This document shows, one piece after another, positions 51,886 to 63,835 of a DNA stretch of 64,000 nucleotides. The notes below the pieces were generated by a model. It was not told the DNA's origin and searched no databases. It saw nothing but the letters and a program-made list of their open reading frames with translations. The translations under genes were made by a program, and so were the position numbers. Source of the stretch: Raja brachyura (lineage: Eukaryota). The stretch lies in NCBI GenBank assembly GCA_963514005.1, contig OY740799.1, positions 48,298,001 through 48,362,000 on the forward strand. Reading direction: 5' to 3'. How positions within the stretch are numbered: the first letter of the stretch is position 1; every line of letters starts with the position of its first letter.

Positions 51886-52703
51886 CGTTTCATTTCATTT
51901 AATTAATACTGTTATTATTATTAAAATAATAAACGAAAGAGAAAATAAAGTTCAGTGTGTAAATATACACATACTCACAAGTACACATGTACACACCTAC
52001 ACATGCTCCAATGCTTGTTTAAATCGAAGGCAGGCACAAAATGCTGGAGTAACTCAGCGGCACAGGCAGCATCTCTGGAGAAAAGGAATGTGCGACGTTT
52101 AGGGTGGAGACCCTTCTTCTATATATACATGTACGTCACATACACGCACACACGTACACACAAAAAACAAACAATGGTAGTATAATTATAATTATTATAA
52201 TAATTATTATTATTACACCACTGTTGCTTATTTTTGTGTACATGCGTGTGTGTGTGTATGTATGTATATATAGGAAGTACACACACATATGTGTGAGTGT
52301 ACATGTGTACTTGTGAGTATGTGTATATTTACATACTGAACTTTATTTCTCTTTCGATTATTATACCGTTTACTGTGTACTATATTTACATATTCTGTCG
52401 TACTGCATCAAGTAAAAATTTCATAGCTGTATCTGGGACATATGACAGTAAAACAGTCTGGACTCTTCTCTCCCCACTCCTCCGTCCCTTTCTCGTCCCA
52501 ATCTGCAGGTCCCCTTTCTGCTCCTACTCCGGTCGGCTCTCTCTCCATTCGTCCAGCAGGAATACTCCTTGGTCCACCAGCACCTATTCTTCACAACCCT
52601 CTCGCTCTCTCCCCTAACCACCACTCCCTCATGTCCCTCCCCGTCTCTATATTACACCGCGCGCACTTGGCCCTTGTCTTCTCTCCCACTCTCTCCCCCA
52701 CAG

Positions 52704-52797
52704 GTGGGCGATGTACAATGACCAGAAAATCAGTGCCTCGGAGAAACCGCTCCGAGACCTGTGCTACATTTATTTGTATTAAAGAATCACAAGCTGA
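52704..52797 (+). pseudogene. usp5: Orphan terminal exon of ubiquitin-specific protease 5 (USP5/USP13 family) with a premature stop
   Basis: Acceptor ctctcccccacag then WAMYNDQKISASEKPLRDLCYIYLY*RITS*, versus recalled human USP5 C-terminus [30 protein letters not shown]; TAA at 52780; AATAAA at ~52908. Confidence 0.8.
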
Positions 52798-53685
52798 GGA
52801 TCTTCCAGTCACGTCTTTATTATACAGACCGAACAAAAGAACTACAAACCCGCGGCACATATGATGTGTGTGGTTGGCGAGAAGGGGTGTGCACTGCCCA
52901 ACATTGGAAATAAAAAGAGAAACAGGAGGTGCTGAAGTGTTGGTGTGGTGCAGATTAAATCGATCTCCTAATATGTAAGCCCAGCGGCGGGGATTTCGAG
53001 GTGGACCACCCTGAGGAGGGAGATCCGACAATGACCGCTGGCGAAGGGCTCAGCAGCCACACAGCGCAGTATCCAGATTCAGGGACAGTGTCTACTCAGC
53101 TGTTCACCGGCAACTGAACCATCCTCTCACAAGCAAAGTCTTCACCTTTCATCTACCTCAATGGAGGCATTCGAACTGTCTTCAAGCGGACTTTATCGGA
53201 GGTACCTCAAATTAATCGTTATACCATTTACATCATATATGTGTACTGTGGTCGGCTTGATTGGAATTGTTTCCCCCTGACTGGAGAGTACGCAACATAA
53301 AATGTTTCACGTTACCACGCCGCACGTGCCAATAAAAACTAACCTAAACAATCATGTGGCAGATTGGATAATCATGATCGACCGGTCATGTTGCGGACGA
53401 TGATGGGATGATTGTTCCTACGGCTGAGCTTTGCACAGACCGTTCCCTAATGCAAAGGGAGATGGAACGATCGATCCCAGGGTTGAGTGCACCACAGACC
53501 GGTCCCCACTGTGGAGAGAGATAGGCCGACTGGGGAATGTGAGGGATCTCGCTATAACGGGTTTGGGGTCCGGGAGCGGGGCATACGATGGGGTCATGCG
53601 CATGCGACTGCGACCTGGAGGGTCCGGCAGTGAACGACGGGATCCGTAGCCCGGACTTTGGGATGCGTTCAGGGAAGTACATTTA

Positions 53686-54578
53686 TTAATGATCCGAAGC
53701 ACTGCGGTGACTGGATATTTCACCGCACTCTTCACCTGCTCTCTGAACCTGGACTTGGGTCACCGCGTAAATAAATGTGTTCGTGCAGCAGCTGAGGCTC
53801 CTCATTAAATAACCGACGTCGTTAAAAATCCATTCAGAATCTTTCAGATCTGTTCCAATTCCTGTGATCTGATAAAAGATGAAGTTCACAACCGCCGTTA
53901 GCCACAAGAGGATGAAGCTGCCGGAGATGGTGAAGAGTAAAACCACAGATCTCCTTCTGCTCTCCACCTGCGGGTCACAGAGGATCTTCCCCTTGCTCTG
54001 ACCCCTCAGCCTCTCACGAACCCGAATGGCAACTAAAATGTGCCGGACTGTTAGAGCGTTGAGCAGCAGGATTACAGTGAAAGGGAAGAGCGGAGTTACA
54101 ACCGTATCAACCCAGTCAAATGCCACCCACCCGAGCTCAGTGTAATAACTGTCAATCGGTACACAGAACCAATGGACATTGTTGATGATACTCACGGATT
54201 CGTATGTGAAATAGTGGGGAATGTTTTTCATACAGAGCAGAACGCCAGTTATTTCGAGAACCACCGCCGCATTTTTCCCGGTGCAATATTTTGTTTTCAG
54301 CTTCTGACAACAAATGGCAACAAATCGATCAAAGGTGAACGTGACGGTGAACCAGACAGAACAGTCTGAAGCTGCAATCGCCAGTACAATGATAACTCTG
54401 CAAACAGGGTTGATGGACAGGAAACTCCAGGGAAAGTAATTAGATCGGATCTGAAACATAACGACCTCGATAATAAGGACCAGTAGATCCGCCGTTGCCA
54501 TGGCCACCAAATAGCGAGTGGTGCACGTGGAGAGGCCGCACTTTCCACGGGTCAAGATTATAATCGCCACTAAATTCA
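53686..54578 (-). CDS. GPR139-like class A GPCR, exon 2 (frameshift after TM7; possible pseudogene)
   Basis: Acceptor tctttctgcag; VNLVAIIILTRGKCGLS, YLVAMATADLL, FTFDRFVAICC, SCCTNTFIYAVTQ; the expected SRFREQVKSAVKYP tail is in another frame. Confidence 0.85.
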
Positions 54579-55467
54579 CTGCAGAAAGAGAAGGGAACAG
54601 CTTTACTGAACACATTTTACCGGGGGTGAAACAGGCTGTACATTTAGCTAAAAAGCAAGGATGTTGCGTGTCTCCAAGTCTAACATTGTCAGATCCGGCT
54701 CCGTTTGTGCCCGACCTGTCTGCCTCAAAGGGAGGAGATAAGGCGCAGGGCGGGGTATATATAATAGGGAAAATATCGCAGCGGAGAGGAATGGAGCAGC
54801 CAGCCGCCACAATAGACGGAATGGGTCTTTCCCTCGGTAACAATTTCTGATGGGGCAGTTTCCACAGATTTAACCTTGGCCGGCCGTGTTGAACCAGGGC
54901 TCTGGGAACTCGGCATTTTATGGAATTACAAGTCGGCAGCAAAGCGGGTGTTTTAATGGATTAATTGCTTGGTGAGAACAGTTCAATCACGACACACTTC
55001 GATAGATCCACGGCCACTGATTCAGGTGATTGATCCCATCATTGACCAGCAGGCGGTGCAATCCAACAGTGACAGACCCCATAGTGAGACGTGTTCACGG
55101 GAACGGGCGGTCACTCTGATCAATAACTCAGACAGAGAACTTCACAATTAAAACTCTCTCAGTCACAACGTCGCGGAGAGCTGTCTGTCCCGCACACCGG
55201 GGCAACTATAGTCAAGGTTCCACTCAATGCAAGTACAACATTCCAGTGGGTCCCGGGAGTGCGCGATAAAGAGGGTTAGTTTCTGAAGTTAACTGCGCGA
55301 AAATAAGAGAGATTGCAACGGCAATTGAGGACATTTAACCGAGAGGATAGAATTACTGACATTCTTGTATAACGATCATCATTTTGGTAGCTTGCAACTT
55401 GATCAGAATCAAGTCAACATGGGTTAACACACAGATATATAAACCTTGAATGGTTCTGCTCACTCAC

Positions 55468-55534
55468 CAGGGACTCCAACGGTAGCAATGACCACGTACA
55501 AGATTTTTTCGACACTTCGATATTCCGGAAGCAT
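55468..55534 (-). CDS. GPR139-like exon 1, MLPEYRSVEKILYVVIATVGVP(V)
   Basis: ATG at 55534; phase-1 donor CTG|gtgagt matches the exon 2 phase and completes TM1. Confidence 0.8.
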
Positions 55535-55796
55535 TGTGTCCTCGTGTGCAACCGGTAATCTACCGAAATCAAACACTTAGCGTTGGTATGTGTCAATATT
55601 CGTTTTGGTGAGAGTTTCTGATTATGAGCGTGTGAGACCGCGTGTGCGCTTGTATGAGTGTATGAGCATGTGTAACTGTGTAGGAATGTGTAAGTGTGTG
55701 TTCTTCTTAATGCTTGTATATATCAATGAGAGTGTGAGAGTGTATATGAGTGTGTGTGACACGATGTGTGATTGTGTGAGATTATATGAGATTTTG

Positions 55797-56445
55797 GGTA
55801 CCCGGTCGTGGCGTTGAAGGACTAGAAGCCGAAGCAAAGGAGTCGAAGCCAAATAACCGAATGGAAACAAAGCCAAAATGCCAAATAATCGGATGCATAT
55901 GAAGCGTAAAAAGCCCTCTAACCGAAAGGGCGGGATGCCTCAAAGCCAACTAACCAAATGCCGCTCTGCCGAAACGCCATCTGATCAAAAGGCTGCGTCG
56001 CGTACAAGCCAACTAACCGAATGCGGCTCTTTCGAAAAGTCAAATAATGGCTGGCGTGGGAAAATGACCTCCACCCTCCCCTCTCCACTGGCCAGTGATA
56101 TGATGGACGCGCGGGTCTGGAACAATTGTGGACAAGTCCCGCCCCCTGGCGATGTCATGTCGTTATTTGACTTTTTGGCAGAGCGGCATTCGGTTAGTTG
56201 GTTTGTAGGCGACGCAGCCTTTTGATTAGATGGAATTTCGGCAGAACGGCCATTCGGTGAGTTTGCTTTTAGGCGACGCAGCCTTTCGGTTAGTTGGCTT
56301 TTAGACGTCCCGCCCTTTTGGTTCGTTGACATTTGGGTTTCGTATCCTTTCGGTTATTTGGCGTTTCAGCTTTGTTTCAACTCGGCTATTTGGCTTCGAC
56401 TTCTTTGCTTTGGCTTCTCGTCCTTCGACGCCACGTCCAGGTACC
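55797..56445. mobile_element. Foldback/Mutator-type non-autonomous DNA transposon
   Basis: ~250-290 bp imperfect TIRs starting GGTACC, built of subrepeats; 9-bp TSD GAGATTTTG (55788-55796) and GTGATTTTG (56446-56454). Confidence 0.75.
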
Positions 56446-56459
56446 GTGATTTTGAGGGC

Positions 56460-56837
56460 GGGTGTGTGTGAGGTCCGTGTATGTGTGGCAGCGAGTATGT
56501 TGGTTTAGTTGTGTTTGTGTTTAAGTGTGCACGTGAAGGTATGTGTTTGAGCCTCTGTAAGTGTGTGTACGTGTATTTGAATAGCTGTGTGTCTGAATAT
56601 GAGACGCATGTGTGTTATGGGTGATACTGAGTCTGTGATAATGTGTTGGTGTATGAGTTTATGAGGATGTGGATATTTGAGCTTGTGAGCATGTATAACT
56701 GTGTTTGTGGCTATATGATGGTTTTGAGTGAGCGTGGAAGTGTCCGTGAGTGTTACTGACTGTCCCATGAGTGGTGGACTGTACGAACCTGTGATTGTAT
56801 GCGATTATGAGCGAGAGTGCATGTGAGTGCACATGTT

Positions 56838-56872
<35 letters not shown>

Positions 56873-57530
56873 CTATGAATTTGTGAGTGAAAGTGTGATA
56901 AGGAATGTGTGTGACTTTGAATGTGCACGAATGCTGAAGTCCTCGTGTGAGGATGTGTGTCAGCATTTAAATGTGCGTGCTAATGTGTGTGTGCCCATGT
57001 GATTGTGTGAGTGCTCATGTGGTATGAGTTAATGTGCGTGTGTGTGCTTGAGTGTGTGTGTTTGAGCATGGAAGTTTTAACGTGCCTATATGAATGTGGG
57101 AGCACATATGCAAGGGTGTGTTTGTGTTTACGCGTGAGAGTGTACGCTAAAGTGAGGGCGCGGATGTGTGAATGTGCATTAGCGCGAGTGTTTGATTAGT
57201 GGGCGAAAGTCCCTTGTTTCTGCTGTCTTTGCGAGCATGTGGGAGCATGCAATTTTATATGACATTTTTGTGCATTTGTGTGCATGTGGTTGCGTGTGAG
57301 CGCGTGAGAACATGTGAATGCATGCGCATGCGCATACGTGTTTGCATGCCAGTGAGCCTGCGTGGTTGTCTGTGTGTTTGTGAGCGTGTGAGTATGTGTG
57401 TGAGCGTGTCCATGCTGTACTTCATGAGGGAAAGATTGTGTATGTGAGGTTATGGGTGTGCGTGTGAGTGCGTGACAATTTGTATTTGTTCTGCGGTTGA
57501 AAGTGTGTGATATTATGAATGTGAGTGTGG
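56460..57530. repeat. Degenerate (GT)n low-complexity tract
   Basis: Direct inspection; pure run at ~56839-56871. Confidence 0.85.
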
Positions 57531-57584
57531 GAGACCACCATGTCGTGCATGCGGAGGCTGCAGCAAATTGTCCGATCCGTGTGT

Positions 57585-57850
57585 CGACGTGGTGTCGAAG
57601 GACGGGAGGCCGAAGCAAAGAAGTTGAAGCCAAATAGCCGAATGGAAACAAAGCCGAAATGCCAAATAACCCATAGAGCGGGACGCCTAAAAGCCAACTA
57701 CCCGAAAGGCTGCGTCGCCTAAACGCAAACTCAGCGAATGGCCTCTCTGCCGATACGCCACCTAACTGAAAGGCTGCGTCGCCTACAAACCAACTAACCG
57801 ATTGCCGCTCTGCCGAAAAGTCAGATAATGGCTTATGTGGGAATATGACA
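57585..57850 (+). mobile_element. Single arm of the same foldback element
   Basis: Collinear with 55805-56070. Confidence 0.75.
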
Positions 57851-57980
57851 GGGTGACTGGGCACTCTGAACCCGATCATCAAGTTGTAAGTGGCTGAAGG
57901 ATCGCATCCCTCGGGATAGCCCCGACTATCCCACGGCCACGGCCGCACTTCGCCTCGTCTCCCCGTGCGGCAGCCCATCA

Positions 57981-58290
57981 CGCTGGACGTCTACATGCCG
58001 CTTGAATCTATTGCTTCATGGAATGCATGTAACCACTGGCTAAAGCAAAGGCATAGTTAGGACAGGTAAATATACCCACCACTTCCATGTGAAAGATCAG
58101 CACCTACCAACAATAAAGGCACTATGAAACCAGCTGCCGCAAGCCATTCCCACAGGCTTAACTACATCCTAACTATGCCTTTGCTTTAGCCGGTGGCTAC
58201 ATCTATTCCATCCCTTCCTCACAAAGTTGTGAGATTTAATTCAGAGCACACTTGGATGAATAGATACAAGTGGCATGTAAACGTCTAGTG
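57981..58290. repeat. Inverted-repeat element, MITE-like
   Basis: Outer arms ~57981-58012 and ~58258-58290; inner arms ~58028-58063 and ~58168-58202. Confidence 0.65.
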
Positions 58291-58351
58291 TCTCTTCCAT
58301 GCGCGCAATACATGAATCCGATGAAATGAGACAACTATCACACCAAAGATA

Positions 58352-58490
58352 GACACAAAATGCTGGAGTGACTCAGTGGGACAGGCAGCGTCTCGGGAGA
58401 GAAGGAATGGGGGGCGTTTTGGGTCGAGCCATTCCTTCTCTCCAGAGATGCTGCCTGTTTCGCTGAGTTACTCCAGCTTTTGGTGTCCAT
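58352..58490. mobile_element. Fold-back pair of Penelope-type terminal repeats
   Basis: AAAATGCTGGAGTGACTCAG...GAGAAGGAATGG followed closely by its reverse complement. Confidence 0.65.
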
Positions 58491-58637
58491 CTTCGGTTAA
58501 AACATATTAGATTATCTGGTGTTTTGTGCGTGGGAGCTTGTTGTGTGCATTGCGCAGGCAACCAGATGGTATTACTATGTTTAAACAATAAATACAATGT
58601 GTTTCTTGTTGTCAGGGGGTGGAGGAGTGCGAAGAGA

Positions 58638-59000
58638 TAAAATAGTAAGATTAAACGTGAACTTACCAGTTTGAAGTTTGACCTTTATTTTATGAGGAGT
58701 TACGACGAGCGATTACGTGAAGTAGGCGATCAGTCCGCTTGCGTGTCAATCTTCAAAGCAGCGGTGTGAAATCACAGAAGATAATGGTTGAACTGAACAT
58801 AGTAAGATTGGTGAAGAGTAGAACTACCAGACGACCTTAATAATATGAGGGTTTTAAAATCAAGATCAAACTTCAAACTGGTAAGTTCTCATTTAATCTT
58901 ACTATTTTACTTCGGAGTCACGTGAGTGACTACGTGAAGATTTCAAAGCTCTGCGATTTCATGCTGAAACGAGTCCATGCGTAACACACTGCATGAAGTG
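58638..59000. mobile_element. Probable DIRS1-like terminal fragment
   Basis: 44-bp inverted arms 58638-58681 and 58866-58909 containing GGTAAGT...CTATTTT, next to GTCACGTGAGTGAC; no ORF. Confidence 0.45.
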
Positions 59001-59749
59001 ACCATGGATGAGTTAAAAAGATTAATGCATTCAGACATGACTTAATTTGTTAAAATGCTGATGCTTCAATCATCATTAACATTATGTCAATGTCCCATAC
59101 TTCCGTGTACAGGGCCAGGGAGAACTTGTATTAAAGATATCCTTATTATTCTGGATATCAGTGCGTGAGACGCGACCGTGTGGGTCCCACTGCTGCAGCA
59201 AATATGATGAGAAGACACATAGGCACAGTGAATGGCACTTTACTTAATTATTGTCATAGACACATTTGAAAATGAATTGTAAGACATCAGTTATCCGCGC
59301 TGTATAGTATGTAACATGTGTATTTGAACAAAACGCTTCCCATCTGCTGAAGTGGAAATGTACTGCCTTATGGTGCTTCCCCTGCACTCGACAGTGTGCA
59401 CTACATGGATTGGTCAGACAACCCGAGCCGTAGGCATAGTTGTCTCAGAGTCTGCAAGTCAATTAATTGATTATCTTGCAGTGGCTGGTTTCCCGTGTCC
59501 CAGACAGAACCACCAAGTTTTATGTTTTGAATGACCATAATAGGTTCTATATTGTTCCCAACATTAGCAGGAACCGTGGCTGTGTATGCCAGTCAGGCAG
59601 TTCGAAACGCCTGAAGTAGTGTCTTGCTAGCTTTATTGCAAGACCCGACTGATGTGGCAGTATGGAAGAAAGACATGCAAGAAACATACCTCTGCAGTGT
59701 GGCAATAGTGAATCCCTCACCACTGTATGCCACATATTTACAACTGGTA

Positions 59750-61050
59750 AATTCAATTCAATTCAATTCAATCTTTAATTGTCATTGTGCAGTGTACAGT
59801 ACAGAGACAACAAAATGCAGTTAGCATCTCCCCAGAAGAGAGAACTTAGAATAATGAACGGTAAAAAATATATAAATGTGCAAACAGTATCAGTAGTGCA
59901 ATTATACTGGGGGAAGGAATGTCTGGGGGGGGGAGGTGACTGGCAATCACCGAGGTGCAGAGTTAAGTATTGTAACAGCCACAAGGAAGAAGCTGTTCCT
60001 GAACCTGCTGGTCCGGCAACGGAGGGACCTGTAGCGCCTCCCGGATGGGAGGAGGGTAACAGTCTGTGGCTGGGGTGAGACCAGTCCTTGACGATGCTGC
60101 GCGCACTTCTTTAGGCTCCTCAGGAAGAAGAGACGCTGGTGAGTCTTCTTGACCAGTGTAGAGGTATTGTTAGGTCCACGAGAGGTCAGCGGAGATGTTG
60201 ACCCCCAGAAACCTGAAGCTGGAAACACGTTCCACCTCCGTCCCATTAATATGGATGGGGGTGTGCGTGCAGCCCCTAGACCTTCTATAGTCCACAATTG
60301 GTCTTCTTGGTCTTCTTGGAGTTAGGGGCCAGGTTGTGTCAGCACACCATGCTGCTAGGAGCTGGACCTCCTCCCTATAGGCCGACTCATCGTTGTCACT
60401 GATGAGGCCAATCACCGTTGCATCATCTGCATACTTGATGATGGTGTTAGAACCATGTTCAGGTGTGCAGTCGTAGATGAAGATGGATTAGAGGAGGTGA
60501 CTCAGTACACAACCATGTGGAACGCCGGTGTTCAGGGTGAGGGTTGAATAGGTGTGGTTGTCCAACCTAACAGACTGTGGTCTGTTAATCAGGAAGTCCA
60601 CTATCCAGTTGCAGAGGGAGGGGTTGATGCCCAGGTCGCCGAGTTTGGTGATCAATTTTGAGGGGATAATGGTGTTAAATGCTGAGTTAAAGTCAATGAA
60701 CAGCATTCTCACGTAGGTGTCTCTGTTATCGAGGTGGGAGAGGGTGGAGTGGAGTGCCGTTGAGATGGCATCCTACGTACTCCCATTCTTGCGGTAGGCA
60801 AACTGATAGGGGTCCAGTGTGGGAGGTAGGCAGCCTTTGAGGTGCCAGGACAAGCCTCTCGAAGCAGTTAGTGATGATGGGAGTAAGTGCAACTGGGCGG
60901 AAGTCATTGAGGCTCGCCGCAATGGAGTGTTTTGGCACCGGCACGATGGAGGTGGCTTTAAGGCACGTGGGGACAACTGCTTGGGCAAGTGACAGATTGA
61001 AGATGTCAGTCCAGATGCCTGTCAGCTGTGCAGCACAGGTCCTCAGAGCA
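59750..61050 (-). mobile_element. Rex1/Babar LINE, degenerate
   Basis: [44 protein letters not shown]; (TTGAA)n tail. Confidence 0.85.
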
Positions 61051-63835
61051 GAGTGACACAGGAGAAGAGGATGAGAGAGAGCTCGGAAGCGAGCTGCGTT
61101 TATTTCCAATCCTTTTGGCTTTACCAGGCGATTACTTGGGGACAAGCGCAGTGGTCGCCTCATGTGCTCAACAGGTGAAGTAAATCGCTTCCTCCATGAC
61201 ACCCTGAGCGATCCAATGAGGGAACTGGAGCTCGAACCCAACAAAGCTCTCATCAGCCCAGCCCCCCCCAACAACAGAGTTCAATCTGAGGGAGCCGAGT
61301 CTGAAGGAGGTTGAGGAGGTCATCAAGGCGGCACGCGCAGCCTCTGCTCCAGGCCCTAGTGGCGTACCATACATAGTGTATAAGCGCTGCCCAGAGCTCC
61401 TTCTCACCTATGGAAGATCTTGAAGGCGGTATGGCGAAGGGGGAGAGTTGCGGACCAGTGGGGGTGCGCTGAGGGAGCTGGATCCCAAGAGGAAAACTCA
61501 AAGAACATCAATCAGTTTCTGTCAATCTCGCTGCTGAGCGTCGAAGGGAAGGTGTTTTTCAGCATTGTCGCCCGAAGATTAACTGAGTTTCTCCTGGAAA
61601 ACAGCTACATCGACCCCTCGGTGCAGAAGGGTGGGATTCCGGGAGTTCCCGGCTGCGTGGAGCACACTGGAGTAGTCACGCAGCTCATTAGAGAAGCCCA
61701 TGAAAACGGAAGCGACCTAGTTGTTCTGTGGTTGGACCTCGCCAATGCCTATGGGTCCATACCGCACAAACTGGTTGAGCTTGCACTACACTGACACCAT
61801 GTTCCCAACAAGATCAAGGACCTGATCCTGGATTATTACCATAATTTCAGGCTGAGGGTGACTTCTGGGTCAGAAACATCAGACTGGCATCGGCTTGGAA
61901 AAGGAATAATTACGGGGTGCACCATTTCTGTTATTCTTTTTGCTCTTGCCATGAACATGGTGGCCAAGTCAGCCGAGGTGGAATGCAGAGGCCCCCTAAC
62001 CAAGTCTGGTGTGCGACAACCCCCAATTAGAGCTTTTATGGACGACCTTACCATCACCACAACATCGGTCCCAGGAAGTAGGTGGATCCTACAAGGTCCT
62101 GCGAAAATTATCACCTGGGCAAGGATGAGTTTCAAGCCAACAAAGTCAAGGTCCATGGTGCTGAAGAGGGGGAAGGTAACTGACAGATTCCACTTCATAC
62201 TATCCGGAACTGCCATTCCCTCCATCACTGAGCAACCTGTCAAGAGCTTGGGGAAGGTTTTTGACGCAATTCTGAAAGACTCTGCCGCCATTCAAAAGTC
62301 CATCAAAGACATTGACACCTGGCTCACCAAAGTCGACAAGTCAGGTCTGCCAGGCAGATTCAAGGCCTGGATCCATCAGCATTCCATCCTGCTCCGAGTC
62401 CCGTGGCCTCTGCTGGTTTACGCTGTTCCATTGACCACAGTTGAGTCCCTCGAAAGGTAGGTCAGTGGCTTTCTCCGCAGGTGGCTTGGCTTTCCCCGCA
62501 GCCTCAACAGTGCTGCACTGTATGGGCCCAGTAACATCTTGCAGCTCCCATTCAGTGGCCTCACGGAAGAGTTTATGGTGGCGCGAATAAGAGAGGCACT
62601 GCAGTACAGGGACTCCAGGGACCAGAAGGTGTCATCGGCTGGCATTGATGTGAGAACAGGGAGGAAATGGAGGGCGGCGAAAGCAGTGGAGGTGGCAGAG
62701 TCATGCCTAAGGCAAAAGGCATTGGTGGGAGTCATGGCAACTGGCAGAGCGGGTTTGGGATACTTCCCTAAGACACCGGTTGGCAAGGCCCAGGGCAAGG
62801 ATAGACACCGTCTAATCCAGGAAGAGGTCCGAGCAGGTGTGGAGGAAGAGCGTGTGAGCAGGACAGTGGGATTCAGGCAGCAGGGAGCGTGGACAAGGTG
62901 GGAGAGCATACCGCAGCGCAGGATTACCTGGTCAAACGTCATGCAGGCAGACTTCCAGCGCGTCCGGTTCCTTGTCCAAGCTGTCTACGATGCCCTACCA
63001 AGCCCAGCAAACCTCTGGCGCAAGAGCGAGACACCTTCCTGCCCACTTTGTTCTGGAAGAGGATCATTAGAACATCTCCTCAGCAGCTGCCCAAAGTCTC
63101 TTGAGGAAGGTCGCTATCGGTGGCGGCATGACCACGTGCTCAAGGTGGTTGCTGAGAGCATAGCCACTGCCATCTGTAACAGCAAACACCACCACGCCCC
63201 AAAGAAATCAATCAATTTTGTCAAAGCTGGAGAGAAGCCCCGACCACAACCAAAAACAAGGACGGGCCTCCTCTACACAGCCACTGACTGGCAGCTGCAC
63301 GTCGATCTGGGCAAACAGCTGAAGTTTCCACAGCACATCACAACAACATCACTCCTGCCAGATATGATCATCACCTCCGAAGTGACAAAACAGCTGATCA
63401 TTCTGGAACTGACGGTGCCCTGGGAAGAGCGTATTGAAGAGGCTAATGAGAGGAAGCGCGCAAAGTACCAGGAACTGGTGGAGATGTGCCAGGACAGAGG
63501 CTGGAAGACATACTATGAGCCGATAGAGGTGGGCTGTAGAGGCTTTGCAGGACGCTCACTCTACAAAGTCCTCAACCAGTTGGGCTTTACGGGGCTGGCA
63601 AAGAAGAGGGCCATTCAATCCACAAGTGAAGCCGCAGAGAAAGCCACTAGGTGGCTTTGGATTAAGATGGCTGATCCGTGGGCGGTTGCTGCTGGGACGC
63701 AAGTCGGGGCTTGATCAATCCCGGCTGGGTCGCCTGGGCAAGGGTGTCTGATGTTGTGAGATCCGAAACACCCGATGACCCCAGGTCACATCACTGAGGA
63801 TGTGTCCCAGCGCATCTAGGAGATGTATCTTTCAC
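61050..63835 (+). mobile_element. HERO-like LINE (RT, CCHC, PD-(D/E)xK endonuclease), 5'-truncated, few disablements
   Basis: WLDLANAYGSIPH, GIITGCTIS, AFMDD, CPLC...HLLSSC, WRHDHVLK, PDMII...ELTVPWEE...RKRAKY; stops at 61792 and 62458. Confidence 0.88.

Larger units (their letters stand above)
50190..52465 (+). mobile_element. Degenerate Rex1/Babar LINE, interrupted by a microsatellite, CR1 and Penelope-type repeat
   Basis: STGAPQGCVLTPLLYSL, KFANGTTIVG, SGRRYRSL...RFRNSFFP; matching 3' tail at ~52330-52465. Confidence 0.75.

Noticed and set aside
54579-54942. Long N-terminal extension of the 418-aa GPCR ORF
   Set aside because: It is intron read-through; a proper acceptor precedes 54578 and a phase-matched exon 1 lies at 55468-55534.
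21639-59260. Isolated CACAGTG heptamers (e.g. ~21639, ~29669, ~50303, ~59224) as recombination signals
   Set aside because: No ACAAAAACC-like nonamer at 12/23 spacing and no adjacent V/D/J coding segment.
63742-63773. CTGATG...GAAA in the HERO 3' UTR as a hammerhead ribozyme
   Set aside because: Lacks the full CUGANGA core and three-stem topology; both motifs sit in one hairpin.
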